Below, piece after piece: positions 63,969-64,000 of a stretch of 64,000 nt of DNA. The DNA lies in the IMG/VR virus record IMGVR_UViG_3300021399_000099, positions 152,911 to 216,910 of that record; one strand, given 5' to 3'. Each line of letters starts with the position of its first letter. Position 1 is the first letter of the stretch. Below the pieces are notes generated by a model. It was not told the DNA's origin and ran no database searches. It saw only the letters and a list, made by a program, of their open reading frames with translations. The position numbers were made by a program, and so were the translations under genes. The stretch comes from a virus. Lineage: Duplodnaviria > Caudoviricetes.

Positions 63969-64000
63969 CTCAACAATAACATTCTCCTGGTAGATAAATT

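Noticed and set aside
1-64000. Genome-wide TAG reassignment (code 15) as in Lak phages
   Set aside because: Long genes are uninterrupted in code 11, and TAG-ended genes are followed promptly by the next gene or further stops.

Overview
This is a 64 kb segment of a jumbo/huge dsDNA phage. The host is most likely Bacteroidales, judged from a fimbrillin-like lipoprotein, an OmpA/beta-barrel gene and A-rich, SD-less translation starts. Long ORFs read cleanly in the standard code. Region 1-9.5 kb holds small minus-strand accessory genes. Region 9.5-30.5 kb is a single minus-strand RNA island with about 70 tRNA or tRNA-like genes covering all 20 amino acids, plus tmRNA, a group I intron in tRNA-Leu, two homing endonucleases, a Pth2-like peptidyl-tRNA hydrolase, a YkuK-like RNase H-fold protein and many unexplained structured RNAs. 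Region 31-64 kb carries four BspA-type LRR paralogs, glycosyltransferases, an epimerase, RmlA, ACP, a tail-fibre-like protein, a family of proteins sharing an 'I.L.E.QL..MI.E' N-terminal motif, a sigma-70 factor, a Rad50/SbcC ATPase, a RuvC-like nuclease, a DNA methyltransferase and a kinase. The most striking signal is an apparent translation-surveillance system built around the tRNA island. (1) A 52-codon leader ORF using all 20 amino acids and 41 different codons overlaps a terminator/antiterminator switch at the head of the array, which would make it a pan-tRNA depletion sensor. (2) A duplicated amber-containing uORF (MTY*VLINAPP*) gates a hairpin over the start of an operon ending in Pth and a CUA-anticodon tRNA. 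(3) A family of about 9 'GGAAAC-NN-ACAGCA' RNAs either display bare Lys/Tyr/Gln anticodon loops or are fused into tRNAs in several topologies. (4) Two 106-107 nt introns at position 34/35 consist of a conserved leader plus a nested tRNA. (5) Two tRNA-Tyr genes have their D-arm strand relocated into the variable arm. (6) Eleven sigma54-type promoters and repeated boxA-like motifs lie on the transcribed strand. All RNA structures were derived by eye and need covariance-model confirmation.
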